Shown: piece by piece, positions 17,007 through 27,606 of the stretch
How the letters are laid out: the number at the start of each line of letters is the position of its first letter
Numbering within the stretch: the stretch's first letter is position 1
Position numbers and translations under genes: made by a program
Notes under the pieces: generated by a model
Seen by the model: only the letters and a program-made list of their open reading frames with translations
Told to the model about the DNA's origin: nothing
Database searches by the model: none
Assembly (NCBI GenBank): GCA_964557295.1
Contig: CAZKZP010000008.1
Coordinates: 22,897-86,833, forward strand
Length of the DNA: 63,937 nucleotides
Reading direction: 5' to 3'
Origin: an uncultured Chromatiales bacterium
GTDB taxonomy: Bacteria > Pseudomonadota > Gammaproteobacteria > RBG-16-57-12

Positions 17007-19792
17007 TACGCATTTTTGTCTTGACCGCATGCGTTTTTTGCCTCGCCGCCTGTTCGGCGCCGGCGGTTCGTCCCACCTTGCGCGATGCCGACGTGGACGG
17101 CCCGCACCAGAATCAAAACAGCGCGGTGATTGCACCGCGCAGCGCGGAGGAGATCAAACGCGCCTACGCGGAATACCTCCGGTTCGCGGCAAAAAATGAG
17201 CTTTCGCGCCAAGATGCCTTGCTGCGCATGGCCCAGATGGAATTCAACCTTTCCGAAAAAATGGCGAGAGACATGGACCAAGAGCTCGCTAATGCCTCCG
17301 AGGACGAGTTTCTCGCGGCTTCCTTGAAACACACGATCGAATTGCTGCTGACATCGCTGCGCGACTATCCGGACTCAAAAGACAACGACAAGGCGTATTA
17401 TCAACTCGCCAGGGCCTATGATCAGCTCGGCGAATTCGCAAAATCACTTGAAGCCTTGCAGCAGCTGACGACCAAGCACAAATCCTCGCCACTTTATCTG
17501 GAGTCGCTGTTTCGCATCGCGGAAGACAATTTCAGCCGCAAGCAGTACAGCAAGGCCGAGGATCTTTACACCGAGATCATCATCGCCAAAAAGAACAATC
17601 CGTTTTATGAGAAGGCACTCTACAAACGCGGCTGGTCCCGATTCAAGCAGGATTATTACAGCGATGCCGCCGATGATTTCGCCAAGGCCATCGGCCTCAA
17701 TCCATTCGATGATTACCGCGAGCTGGCCGCCGCGCAGAAAGAACAGATGGATGAGTATTTTCGCGCCATCGCACTCACATTCATCTATCAAGGTGGCGCT
17801 GCCCCGCTGTCCTCCTTCATGAAGGATCACCCGGATTACAAGCACGTCTACCCCATCTATTCCAGTGTGAGCGACCTTTATTTGAAGCAGGAACAGTACA
17901 CCGATGCAGCCGACATCCTGGAACGCTTCATCAAAGTCGCGCCAAAATCACAGCACGCGCCCGCGGCGCAGCTGAAAATCATCGACATCTGGAAAACCGC
18001 AGGATTCACTCAGCGAGTGATCCATTCGATCGAATCCGCCTATGGCGCATACCATTCCAAAAGCGTTTTCTGGTCCGACAAGTCCGCAGACTCTGATGCC
18101 TACAAGCAAGCACGGGCCGCGCTGAAGGAACACATCATGACCGCGGCAGCCCACCAGCACCATGAATACAACCAGAGCCGCAAAGAGCAATCCTTCGAAC
18201 AAGCAAAAAAATGGTATGAGCGATATCTGGAACACTATGAAACCGAAGCGCGCAAGGATAACGTGCATTTCCTGTACGCGGATCTGCTCAATCGCCACAC
18301 GGATCTTCCGCAGGCTTTGCACCACTATGAACAGGCCGCCTATGACTCGGACATCATACTCAACAAGGATGCCGCTTATGAATCAATCATCGTTTCCGCA
18401 CAAATCTACAAGAATGCGCGCGGCGCCGATTCCGCGAAGGCCCATCTCGACAAACTGATCAAATACTCGCAACTGTACACCCAGCTTTACCCGACCGACA
18501 GCCGCGCCGTGAGCATATTGACCTATGCCGCCGAAACCGCTTTCGAAACAGAGAAATATGCCGAGGCCATCGAGATCGCCGGCTCGGCATCAGCCAGTGG
18601 CGCTGGTGCCACGAACTTGAATCTGATCAAAGCGCATTCATATTACCGGTTACAGCAATACCAGAGTGCCGAGGAAAGTTATCGCTCCATCAGCGACGTA
18701 TCCCCCGCGTATCGGAACATGCGGCAAGTACAGGACAATCTTGCACTCTCGATTTACAAGCAAGCGGAAGCCGCGGCGGTGGCCAAGGATATCGAGCAGG
18801 CGCTGCATCATTATTCACGCATCTCCACCACGGCGACGACGTCGGCGGTGGCCGCAACCGGCCTCTATGAGGCCATTGCGCTGGCCATCACTAATGGCCG
18901 ATGGGAAAACGCTGTCGCTTATTGTCGACGCTTCCAGACGCTTTACCCAGAACATCCGCAAAGCCACGATGTGACCAAACAGCTCAGCATTGCGCTATTG
19001 GAATCCAAGCAATACACCGATGCGGCCACTGTCCTCGACACCCTTTCGAAAAGCGACGAGGATAGCGAATACCAGATGGCTGCATTGTGGAAGGCTGCTG
19101 AATTATATGAGGCGGAAAAAAACCATACGGCCGCGCTAAGTAAATATGAGGAATACGTCGAGCGTTTCAGATCACCCTACCCGCAGTATCTAGAGGCAAT
19201 GCACAAGCTGGTGCAGCTTTATAGTCAGCAAGGCGAAAATCTGAAGGCGATGAGCTGGCACCGTAGGATTATCGACGAAGATGGTCGAGCCAACAGCGCC
19301 AGCAAGAATGATCGCACAAAGTACATTGCTTCACTTGCTGCGATTGCACTTGCGGAGCAGGAACAGGCTGGCTTCAAATCTATCCGTCTGGCGCTACCCT
19401 TGGAGCAGACACTCAAGCACAAGAAACAGGTCATGCAGGCAGCGATCACGCTTTATAGTAAGGCTGCATCGTATGGCATCGCCGATACCGTCACGGCGGC
19501 GACCTACGCCATTGCCGAAATCTACCTTGAGTTCAGCAAATCGTTGCTGGAGTCCGAGCGGCCTGGCAACCTCAGCATCACCGAGGAAGAACAATATAAA
19601 ATTCTTCTGGAGGACCAGGCCTTTCCATTCGAAGAGAAGGCTATTGAATTCTATGAGGCGAATCTTGGGCACATCAAGAATGGTCATCAAGATCAATGGG
19701 TCGCAAAGAGTTACGCGCAACTAAAGACACTGTTCCCAACCCGCTACAACCGTGAGGCTTTGCTGGATGAGTATGTTGATGTCCCGCATTAA
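17003..19792 (+). CDS. Large TPR-repeat lipoprotein (BamD/YbgF-like repeats), module gene B
   Basis: 929 aa. The GTG start overlaps the gene A stop (GTGA). Lipobox VFCLAAC|S. Many TPR-like units, for example KAYYQLARAYDQLGEFAKSLEALQQL and EKALYKRGWSRFKQDYYSDAADDFAKAI. Confidence 0.7.
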   Translation: MIRIFVLTACVFCLAACSAPAVRPTLRDADVDGPHQNQNSAVIAPRSAEEIKRAYAEYLRFAAKNELSRQDALLRMAQMEFNLSEKMARDMDQELANASEDEFLAASLKHTIELLLTSLRDYPDSKDNDKAYYQLARAYDQLGEFAKSLEALQQLTTKHKSSPLYLESLFRIAEDNFSRKQYSKAEDLYTEIIIAKKNNPFYEKALYKRGWSRFKQDYYSDAADDFAKAIGLNPFDDYRELAAAQKEQMDEYFRAIALTFIYQGGAAPLSSFMKDHPDYKHVYPIYSSVSDLYLKQEQYTDAADILERFIKVAPKSQHAPAAQLKIIDIWKTAGFTQRVIHSIESAYGAYHSKSVFWSDKSADSDAYKQARAALKEHIMTAAAHQHHEYNQSRKEQSFEQAKKWYERYLEHYETEARKDNVHFLYADLLNRHTDLPQALHHYEQAAYDSDIILNKDAAYESIIVSAQIYKNARGADSAKAHLDKLIKYSQLYTQLYPTDSRAVSILTYAAETAFETEKYAEAIEIAGSASASGAGATNLNLIKAHSYYRLQQYQSAEESYRSISDVSPAYRNMRQVQDNLALSIYKQAEAAAVAKDIEQALHHYSRISTTATTSAVAATGLYEAIALAITNGRWENAVAYCRRFQTLYPEHPQSHDVTKQLSIALLESKQYTDAATVLDTLSKSDEDSEYQMAALWKAAELYEAEKNHTAALSKYEEYVERFRSPYPQYLEAMHKLVQLYSQQGENLKAMSWHRRIIDEDGRANSASKNDRTKYIASLAAIALAEQEQAGFKSIRLALPLEQTLKHKKQVMQAAITLYSKAASYGIADTVTAATYAIAEIYLEFSKSLLESERPGNLSITEEEQYKILLEDQAFPFEEKAIEFYEANLGHIKNGHQDQWVAKSYAQLKTLFPTRYNREALLDEYVDVPH

Positions 19793-20396
19793 TCGCCACC
19801 TGATCAGTCTGTCGTTACTGCTGTGGTTAACGGCATGTTCCTCCATGGGCACGGCACCCGACAAGGATAAATCATCGCTAACGTCAACGGCGGAAAATAC
19901 TGATGCCGCGCTCGCTGACGCTGAGCGCGCGCTATACGCGCAAGCGCTCGCAGATCTGCAGGCGAATCGGTTCGCACCCGCAGAGGCCGCCTTCACGCGG
20001 CTCGCCGAGCAGCATCCCAAACTCGCCGGCCCCTGGGCCAACCTCGGCTTGATCTATATCAAGCAGGATCAACTCGATCGAGCCGCGGATATGCTCATGC
20101 GCGCCCTGGAAAACCAACCGGATCTGGCGCAAGCGAAGCAGTTGCTGGGATACATCGAGAACAAACGCGGGCATTACCTCAAGGCACGTGATTTATATCT
20201 CGAAGCGCTCGCCGCTAAACCCGACTACGCCGTCGCGCACTACAATCTAGCGCTGCTGTATGACATCTATCTGCGCGATATACCCAAGGCCATTGAACAC
20301 TACACGCGCTATCTTGCATTGGCCGGTCGCGAGGACAAACGCACCGCCGACTGGGTCAATGAGCTCACATCCTCTCTGAAGCGAGATGAACAATGA
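19779..20396 (+). CDS. TPR lipoprotein, module gene C
   Basis: Start chosen at ATG 19779 (MSRINRHLISLSLLLWLTAC|SS, lipobox); 19767 and 19773 are alternatives. It overlaps the end of gene B by 14 nt. About 205 aa with 3-4 TPR units (LGLIYIKQDQLDRAADMLMRALENQPD...). Confidence 0.65.
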   Translation: MSRINRHLISLSLLLWLTACSSMGTAPDKDKSSLTSTAENTDAALADAERALYAQALADLQANRFAPAEAAFTRLAEQHPKLAGPWANLGLIYIKQDQLDRAADMLMRALENQPDLAQAKQLLGYIENKRGHYLKARDLYLEALAAKPDYAVAHYNLALLYDIYLRDIPKAIEHYTRYLALAGREDKRTADWVNELTSSLKRDEQ

Positions 20397-20647
20397 AACG
20401 GACCATGCTCATCACATGCACACTCCTGCTCCTTCCCGGACTAAACTCTCTGCACGCCGAAGAAACGGTGCAGATGGAAACCACCATTATCAAAGGAAAT
20501 AAGGAGCTTCCGCAAATTCTCTACATCGTGCCTTGGCGCGATCTGAATGAGGAACGACGCGAGGAACAACAGCTCGTGTTGCACAGTCTTTACGGGGAAT
20601 TATTCGATCCGGTATTTCCTGAGCGTGCGAACTCCCCGACCGAGTGA
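20393..20647 (+). CDS. Small secreted protein, module gene D
   Basis: 84 aa. The ATG overlaps the gene C stop (ATGA). Signal peptide MKRTMLITCTLLLLPGLNSLHA|EE. The mature ~60-aa part is a charged peptide. No family recognised. Confidence 0.5.
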   Translation: MKRTMLITCTLLLLPGLNSLHAEETVQMETTIIKGNKELPQILYIVPWRDLNEERREEQQLVLHSLYGELFDPVFPERANSPTE

Positions 20648-20667
20648 GCCATGCGAAATGCGCTTAC

Positions 20668-22923
20668 CTACCCCAGCCGAACTCGATACGCCTCTTCCAG
20701 CGAGGTTTCCTTGGCATAGGCACGGCTCAAGGCATTTCGCGTGAGCGAGACCATGCCATTTTCAATCGCCTTTTTATAGATGGTTTCAGTGCTGGCACGT
20801 TGTTCGATCAATGTGCGCAGTTCGGAACTCATCGTGAGCAGCTCATACACCGCCATGCGCCCGCTGTATCCGATGTGGTGACATTGATCACAGCCGCGGC
20901 CGCGATAGAATACCGTGTCTTCAGGCACATTCAGTGAATGGCGCATAGTTCGATTGACCGGCTCCACCTCAAGGCAATGTGCGCAGTTCTTGCGCACCAG
21001 GCGTTGCGCCAGCACACCGATGACAGTCGAGCTGACCAAATACGGCTCAACCCCCATTTCGAGCAATCGAGTGATGGTTCCCGCCGCGCTGTTGGTGTGC
21101 AGTGTGGTGAGCACCAAGTGCCCGGTGAGCGCGCTTTCAACGGCGATCTTGGCCGTTTCGGCATCGCGGATCTCTCCGACCATGATGACATCCGGATCAT
21201 GGCGCAATATATGGCGCAATGATTCGGCGAAGGTGTAACCCAGATTCGCACGCACATGGATCTGTTCGACCCCATCGATCTGGTATTCCACCGGATCTTC
21301 GACCGTGATGATATTGACGTTCTGGGTGATGACTTCCTGCAACGCGGCGTACAAGGTCGTGGTCTTGCCGGAGCCCGTCGGGCCGGTGACCAGCAACATG
21401 CCGTAATTCATATGGAGCAGGTCGCGAAAGATTTCCTCGTCGCTGCTCGAAAATCCCAATTCGGAGATCTGCCGCAAGCCCACCTTGGTGTTGAGCAGGC
21501 GCAGCACCACGCTCTCGCCGTTGATCGTCGGGATGACCGAGATGCGCAGATCCACCAAGCCGTCCCGGTCGCTGATGCGCGTTCGGCCATCCTGCGGCAG
21601 GCGCCGTTCGGTGATATCCATGCGCCCGAGGATCTTAATGCGGCTGACGACGGCCGGGAGCAGGCTGCGGGAAAAGGAGCGGATCTTGATCAAGGTGCCG
21701 TCGATGCGATAGAGCATATGGACTTCGTGCTCGAGCGGCCGGATATGAATGTCCGATGCCTTCTTGCGGATGGCGTCGATGATGATGCCATTGACCAGGC
21801 GCACGATTGGCATTTCCGAGGCCAAACGCATCGCTTCCTGGATATCAACGATTTCGTCATCGGAGAATTTGGCGCGCTGCTCTTCCGCCACATTCAGCTC
21901 ATCGACCAGGCGCGTATCGCTGCCGTAGTGCTTGTCGAGGGCGAGTTCGATCTCCTCACGGGAGGATACCGCAAGCTCGATCTGCTTGCCGGTGATGAAA
22001 CGCAGCATGCCGATGGCTTCCACATTGGTGGGATCCTCGATCGCAACAACGATCCGGTCACGATACTGGGAGAGCGGCAGCATCATGTACTTGAACGCCA
22101 TTTCTCCCGGCACCGCGTTCAGCAGATAGTGATCGATTTCGAAATCCTTCAGCATCACATACGGGATGCCGAATTTGCGCGCCAGTTTCAGATGCACGTC
22201 CCTGGAGTTGACCGCGCCCATGCCCTCGAGTATCGCCCCGAGTTTCTTCCACTTTTCGATTTTTTGCTGTTCCAAGGCACGCGTCAGCGTGTCCGAGGTG
22301 ATCAAGCCGCTTTCGACCAGCAATTCACCAATCCGGTGATTGTCATAATATTGAAGATGGTTTGCCGCGTATTGCGTTTGCTTTTCGAGAAAATCGATCA
22401 ATTCCTTCGCCGTATGGACTTGGAATGCATGATCGGCGAGCTTGTCCGTCGAGGCCTGAATCGGCGCGAGTTTGCCCGCTGGGGACGCATCGAGTTTGAA
22501 GCCGCTCAACTGGAGGCTCGGTATGAATACGCGCTTGATCAGGCGGTCTACATGCAAAACGAACAAGTGCAGCCCGCACACATCTTTTTCATGCGCGCAC
22601 AGCCGCCCGGCGAGGGATTTGCCATCGGTGTAATCGGCCTGAAAATTCTGGAGCGCAACACCGCCGCTCGCCACCGGCTCCGCTAACTTGAGCTTCTGTT
22701 TGAATTCAAGGATGCGCAGATTCTGAAATGGAATGCGCACTGCAATGTCATCACGGCCCATCACAAGGGCGCACTGTTCCTGATCACTCAGGCCAAGCAA
22801 CTCACCCGCCTGCTCGCCACCGGCAACCAAGTGGGCCGTCACAAGTCGGGAGTGGCGCAAGGTTCCGGCCGTGGAAACACACGGCGGAATCTCCGGCAAT
22901 GGATTGAATTCGACATGCTCCAC
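20668..22923 (-). CDS. Orphan GspE/PilB-family secretion ATPase with an unassigned ~190-aa N-terminal extension and a T2SSE_N/MshEN-like region
   Basis: 751 aa. GTG start preceded by GGGAGGAG. Walker A GPTGSGKTTT, Walker B/Asp box DPDVIMVGEIRD, His box GHLVLTTLHTN, and tetra-Cys CAHC...CDQC. The motif RIGELLVESGLITSDTLTRALEQQ is at about residues 197-220. No gspF/pilC, pilin or secretin gene is nearby. Confidence 0.85.
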   Translation of the reverse strand: MEHVEFNPLPEIPPCVSTAGTLRHSRLVTAHLVAGGEQAGELLGLSDQEQCALVMGRDDIAVRIPFQNLRILEFKQKLKLAEPVASGGVALQNFQADYTDGKSLAGRLCAHEKDVCGLHLFVLHVDRLIKRVFIPSLQLSGFKLDASPAGKLAPIQASTDKLADHAFQVHTAKELIDFLEKQTQYAANHLQYYDNHRIGELLVESGLITSDTLTRALEQQKIEKWKKLGAILEGMGAVNSRDVHLKLARKFGIPYVMLKDFEIDHYLLNAVPGEMAFKYMMLPLSQYRDRIVVAIEDPTNVEAIGMLRFITGKQIELAVSSREEIELALDKHYGSDTRLVDELNVAEEQRAKFSDDEIVDIQEAMRLASEMPIVRLVNGIIIDAIRKKASDIHIRPLEHEVHMLYRIDGTLIKIRSFSRSLLPAVVSRIKILGRMDITERRLPQDGRTRISDRDGLVDLRISVIPTINGESVVLRLLNTKVGLRQISELGFSSSDEEIFRDLLHMNYGMLLVTGPTGSGKTTTLYAALQEVITQNVNIITVEDPVEYQIDGVEQIHVRANLGYTFAESLRHILRHDPDVIMVGEIRDAETAKIAVESALTGHLVLTTLHTNSAAGTITRLLEMGVEPYLVSSTVIGVLAQRLVRKNCAHCLEVEPVNRTMRHSLNVPEDTVFYRGRGCDQCHHIGYSGRMAVYELLTMSSELRTLIEQRASTETIYKKAIENGMVSLTRNALSRAYAKETSLEEAYRVRLG

Positions 22924-23009
22924 CCTGCACTCCTCCCCGACATTGAGATCGGTAGGTTATCGGCAACCTAAAAAATACACTTTAACAACGCCGAAACTGC
23001 GGAGCCCGC

Positions 23010-24398
23010 TTACTTGCCGGTGTGCTTCATCAGCCGGCGCTTCTTGCGCACCTGTCGCTCCGTCAAGATATTGCGCCGCCCTGCAAAGGGGTTTTTTCCC
23101 GAGCGGAATTCAAGCTTGATCGGTGTGCCTTCGATGCGCAGCGCCTTGCGGTAGACGTTGCTCAAGTAGCGCTTGTAGGCATCCGGCACGGCCTCGGCCT
23201 GATTGCCGTGGATAACGATGAGCGGCGGATTCTTTCCGCCTTGATGCGCATAACGCAACTTGATGCGCCGGCCTTTGACCAGCGGCGGCTGATGCGCTTG
23301 CAAGGCGTCTTCCAGAATCCTGGTCAGCGCCGGCGTGGGCATGTCGATGTTCGCGGAAGCGAAGGCGCGATCGATGGATTCATACAGATTGCCCACTCCG
23401 CTGCCATGCAGCGCGGAGATGAAATGGAATTTGGCGAAATCGATGAAGTCCAAGCGCAGCTCGAGATCACTTCTGAGTTTGTCCTTCTCCTCCGGCGTCA
23501 TCCCGTCCCATTTATTGACAGCGATGATGACCGCGCGTCCCGCGTGCAACACCAGACCGAGCAGACTCGCATCCTGATCCGTCACGCTCTCGCGGGCATC
23601 GATCACCAGGATCACGACATGGGCGGACTCGATCGCTTGCAGCGTTTTGATCACGCTGAATCTTTCAACGCCCTCGTCGACACTCCGCTTGCGGCGCATG
23701 CCGGCCGTATCGATCAAGGTGTAGCGTTTGCCGTGATGTTCGAATGGGATGCTGATGCTGTCACGCGTGGTGCCGGGCAGATCAAACACCACCACGCGCT
23801 CTTCCCCGAGCAAGCGGTTGACCAGCGTGGACTTGCCGACATTGGGCCGCCCGACTACGGCGATTTTGATGCCGGCATCCTCTTCGATGGCCTGCGCTTC
23901 CCCGGTAATTTGATCCGCCGGAATCACCTGCTCGATCAGTGCGCTCACCCCGCGCCCATGCGCGGCGGCGATGGGATAACACTCGCCCAAGCCCAGTGCG
24001 TAGAAATCGGATTTGGCCATTTCCGCATCAAGGCCGTCGGTCTTGTTGACGACCAGGAACACCGGCTTGCCCGTCTGGCGCAGACGCTTGGCGATGGCAT
24101 GATCACCCGGAGTCAGCCCGTCTCTGGCATCGACCATGAACAGCACGCTATCGGCTTCCTCGATGGCCTGGAGGGTCTGGTGCGCCATTTCGCCATCGAT
24201 GCCGCGCTCATCACCGCTTAAGCCTCCGGTGTCGACGACGATGTAATGGCGCTCGCCCAGCCGGCCGGTGCCGTAGATACGATCGCGCGTCACGCCAGGT
24301 TGGTCGGCGACGATGGCGTCGCGCGTTTTGGTCAGGCAGTTGAACAGCGTAGATTTGCCCACATTGGGGCGCCCGACGAGGGCGATGACAGGCAACAT
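23010..24398 (-). CDS. der: Ribosome-associated GTPase Der (EngA)
   Basis: 462 aa with two tandem G domains ([12 protein letters not shown] and [12 protein letters not shown]) plus a KH-like C-terminus. Confidence 0.95.
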   Translation of the reverse strand: MLPVIALVGRPNVGKSTLFNCLTKTRDAIVADQPGVTRDRIYGTGRLGERHYIVVDTGGLSGDERGIDGEMAHQTLQAIEEADSVLFMVDARDGLTPGDHAIAKRLRQTGKPVFLVVNKTDGLDAEMAKSDFYALGLGECYPIAAAHGRGVSALIEQVIPADQITGEAQAIEEDAGIKIAVVGRPNVGKSTLVNRLLGEERVVVFDLPGTTRDSISIPFEHHGKRYTLIDTAGMRRKRSVDEGVERFSVIKTLQAIESAHVVILVIDARESVTDQDASLLGLVLHAGRAVIIAVNKWDGMTPEEKDKLRSDLELRLDFIDFAKFHFISALHGSGVGNLYESIDRAFASANIDMPTPALTRILEDALQAHQPPLVKGRRIKLRYAHQGGKNPPLIVIHGNQAEAVPDAYKRYLSNVYRKALRIEGTPIKLEFRSGKNPFAGRRNILTERQVRKKRRLMKHTGK

Positions 24399-24403
24399 GA
24401 TGA

Positions 24404-25645
24404 TTAATGATCTCGCTTCAGAGTGAAGGCCACCACGCGCCCCTTGTTGTCGGCGGCGACCAGCGTGTCATCGATCAACATCGGCGGCACAGTCAGGCCG
24501 GTGGCGACCGTGTAATGGTCGGGCAAGCCGCCGCGATTGTAATCATCCCATACGTCCAGTTCGAGACCGAAGTAACGATCGATAACATATTGCAGCGTCA
24601 TCTGCGCGGCTTTCTCCCCGGTCTGCCGGTCCAGCCAATACAGGTTGCCCTGCTGATCGCCCAGGACCAGGTATCGTTGATAGAGTGTTGGCTTCGTAAT
24701 CAGCTTGGCGCCGAGCTGATCCTGCTTCCACACCGCCACGCCGCTCTGCCGATCGATGGCATGTACCGCGCCTTCGGAGTCCGCAATGTAGATGTACTTG
24801 TCATCGAGCGTCATGCCGGCATACGACGATAGATCCTTGTACCAGAGCACGCGACCTTGCGCCTGATCCACCGCCACCAGCCGGCCATGATAGGCAATGG
24901 CATAGACCACCTGCTGATCGATGAGCGCCTCGGCATCGATATCGACGATGCGCTTGAGCTCGGATCTGCCCTGCGGGAACGCTACCGCGACCTCCCACAA
25001 CACGCTGCCGTTACTGATGTCGATTGCAACCAATTTGCCGCTGGCAAAGCCGCTCACCACCATGCCGTTGCCGACGGCCATCGGGCTGTTCGTGCCGCGC
25101 AAGGTCAACACCGGCACGCCGCGCTGCTCAGTCCATAACGTCTTGCCGGAAGTCGCGTCGAGACCGAACAATTTCCCATCGTTGGTCTGCACCGCCACTA
25201 CCCCGCGATCGATAACGGGGCTACCCAGGATTTCGCTCGAAAGCCTTTGTCGCCAGCGCACGGTGCCATCGGCTGAGTTGAGCGCGATGAGGCTCGCCTC
25301 ATCCGTCCCGAGCAGAACCATATGGTCGCGGTAATACAGCCCGCCGGTGACGTGTTCGTCGATTTCCGCCTGCCAGCGTTCTTCGCCGGACTTGATGTCG
25401 TAGGAAACCACCTTGCCGCGCCAGTCTGCCGAAAAGATCTGAGTTTGATCGCTGGCAAGCTGAAGCTTGAGGAAATGCTTGCCAAAGCCGGAGCCGTTGC
25501 GGGCCGTCCACAAGGTGTGGATCGGCACCGCGCCAGGATGATCCTGCGCCACGGGCGCTGTCGCCGCCGCACGCGCTGGCGTTACCGCGGCAAGCAATAG
25601 CAAGATCGAAACAACAGCCGCCTTCACGGCATCGAGCGATGGCAT
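24404..25645 (-). CDS. bamB: Outer-membrane protein assembly factor BamB (PQQ-like beta-propeller)
   Basis: 413 aa with repeated propeller blades (G.V.A.D...G...W). Conserved position between yfgM and der. The signal peptide has no lipobox Cys. Confidence 0.85.
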   Translation of the reverse strand: MPSLDAVKAAVVSILLLLAAVTPARAAATAPVAQDHPGAVPIHTLWTARNGSGFGKHFLKLQLASDQTQIFSADWRGKVVSYDIKSGEERWQAEIDEHVTGGLYYRDHMVLLGTDEASLIALNSADGTVRWRQRLSSEILGSPVIDRGVVAVQTNDGKLFGLDATSGKTLWTEQRGVPVLTLRGTNSPMAVGNGMVVSGFASGKLVAIDISNGSVLWEVAVAFPQGRSELKRIVDIDAEALIDQQVVYAIAYHGRLVAVDQAQGRVLWYKDLSSYAGMTLDDKYIYIADSEGAVHAIDRQSGVAVWKQDQLGAKLITKPTLYQRYLVLGDQQGNLYWLDRQTGEKAAQMTLQYVIDRYFGLELDVWDDYNRGGLPDHYTVATGLTVPPMLIDDTLVAADNKGRVVAFTLKRDH

Positions 25646-26274
25646 TACTGAATGTTTTCCAGCTTGAGATTGAGTATCGACAGACGTGTGCTGCCGCCCT
25701 CACCAATCGTGTCTAGCGCCTTCTTGTAGGCATCCTTGGCCTTGGCCGGATCATTCAAGCGCACATAGGCGTCGCCCATGGCTTCGCTGACCAGACTGGT
25801 GAACGACTCTGTGGTGATCTCATTTAACCACTTGATCGCTTCCTCAGGTTGTCCTTCGCTGATCAGGATCTTCGCCAGGCGTAATTTGGCGACGTTTTTC
25901 AGTTCGGGCATGTCCGCCTTTTCGATCACCCAGCGCAGATGCGCGCGCGCGGCGACCTTGTCACCTTGCTCGAACTTCGCCTTCGCCAGATTCAGCGCCG
26001 CGAGTTGCGCGTATACAGTGTCTGCATACTGTCCGACGATCTTGCCTCCGTTCTCTTCGACGGCATCCCATTTGCCGAGCACGACATTGTCCAGCATCTC
26101 CAGATACGCGGCGGAGGCGCCCTCGAGATCCGCATGGCGGTCCTTTTGCCAGAGTTGATAGGCAAACAGCGCGCCCAAGCCGATCAAGACGCCGGCGAGG
26201 ATCGACTTGCCGTTCTCCTTCCAGAAATTGCGCAAGGTATCGATCTGTTCCAGCTCAGTGTTGTCATACGCCAC
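25645..26274 (-). CDS. yfgM: YfgM-family membrane-anchored TPR-like protein
   Basis: 209 aa with an N-terminal TM segment (ILAGVLIGLGALFAYQLW) and a TPR-like C-terminus. Conserved hisS-yfgM-bamB synteny. Confidence 0.75.
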   Translation of the reverse strand: MAYDNTELEQIDTLRNFWKENGKSILAGVLIGLGALFAYQLWQKDRHADLEGASAAYLEMLDNVVLGKWDAVEENGGKIVGQYADTVYAQLAALNLAKAKFEQGDKVAARAHLRWVIEKADMPELKNVAKLRLAKILISEGQPEEAIKWLNEITTESFTSLVSEAMGDAYVRLNDPAKAKDAYKKALDTIGEGGSTRLSILNLKLENIQ

Positions 26275-26302
26275 TTCAATGCTCTCCTACAATGATTCGA
26301 AT

Positions 26303-27586
<1,284 letters not shown>

Positions 27587-27606
27587 TGTAAAACTCCGAG
27601 AAGCGA

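Noticed and set aside
21256-22686. 476-aa plus-strand ORF
   Set aside because: It is antisense to the GspE-family ATPase, whose motifs are unambiguous.
23022-24221. 399-aa plus-strand ORF
   Set aside because: It is an antisense shadow of der in a high-GC region.
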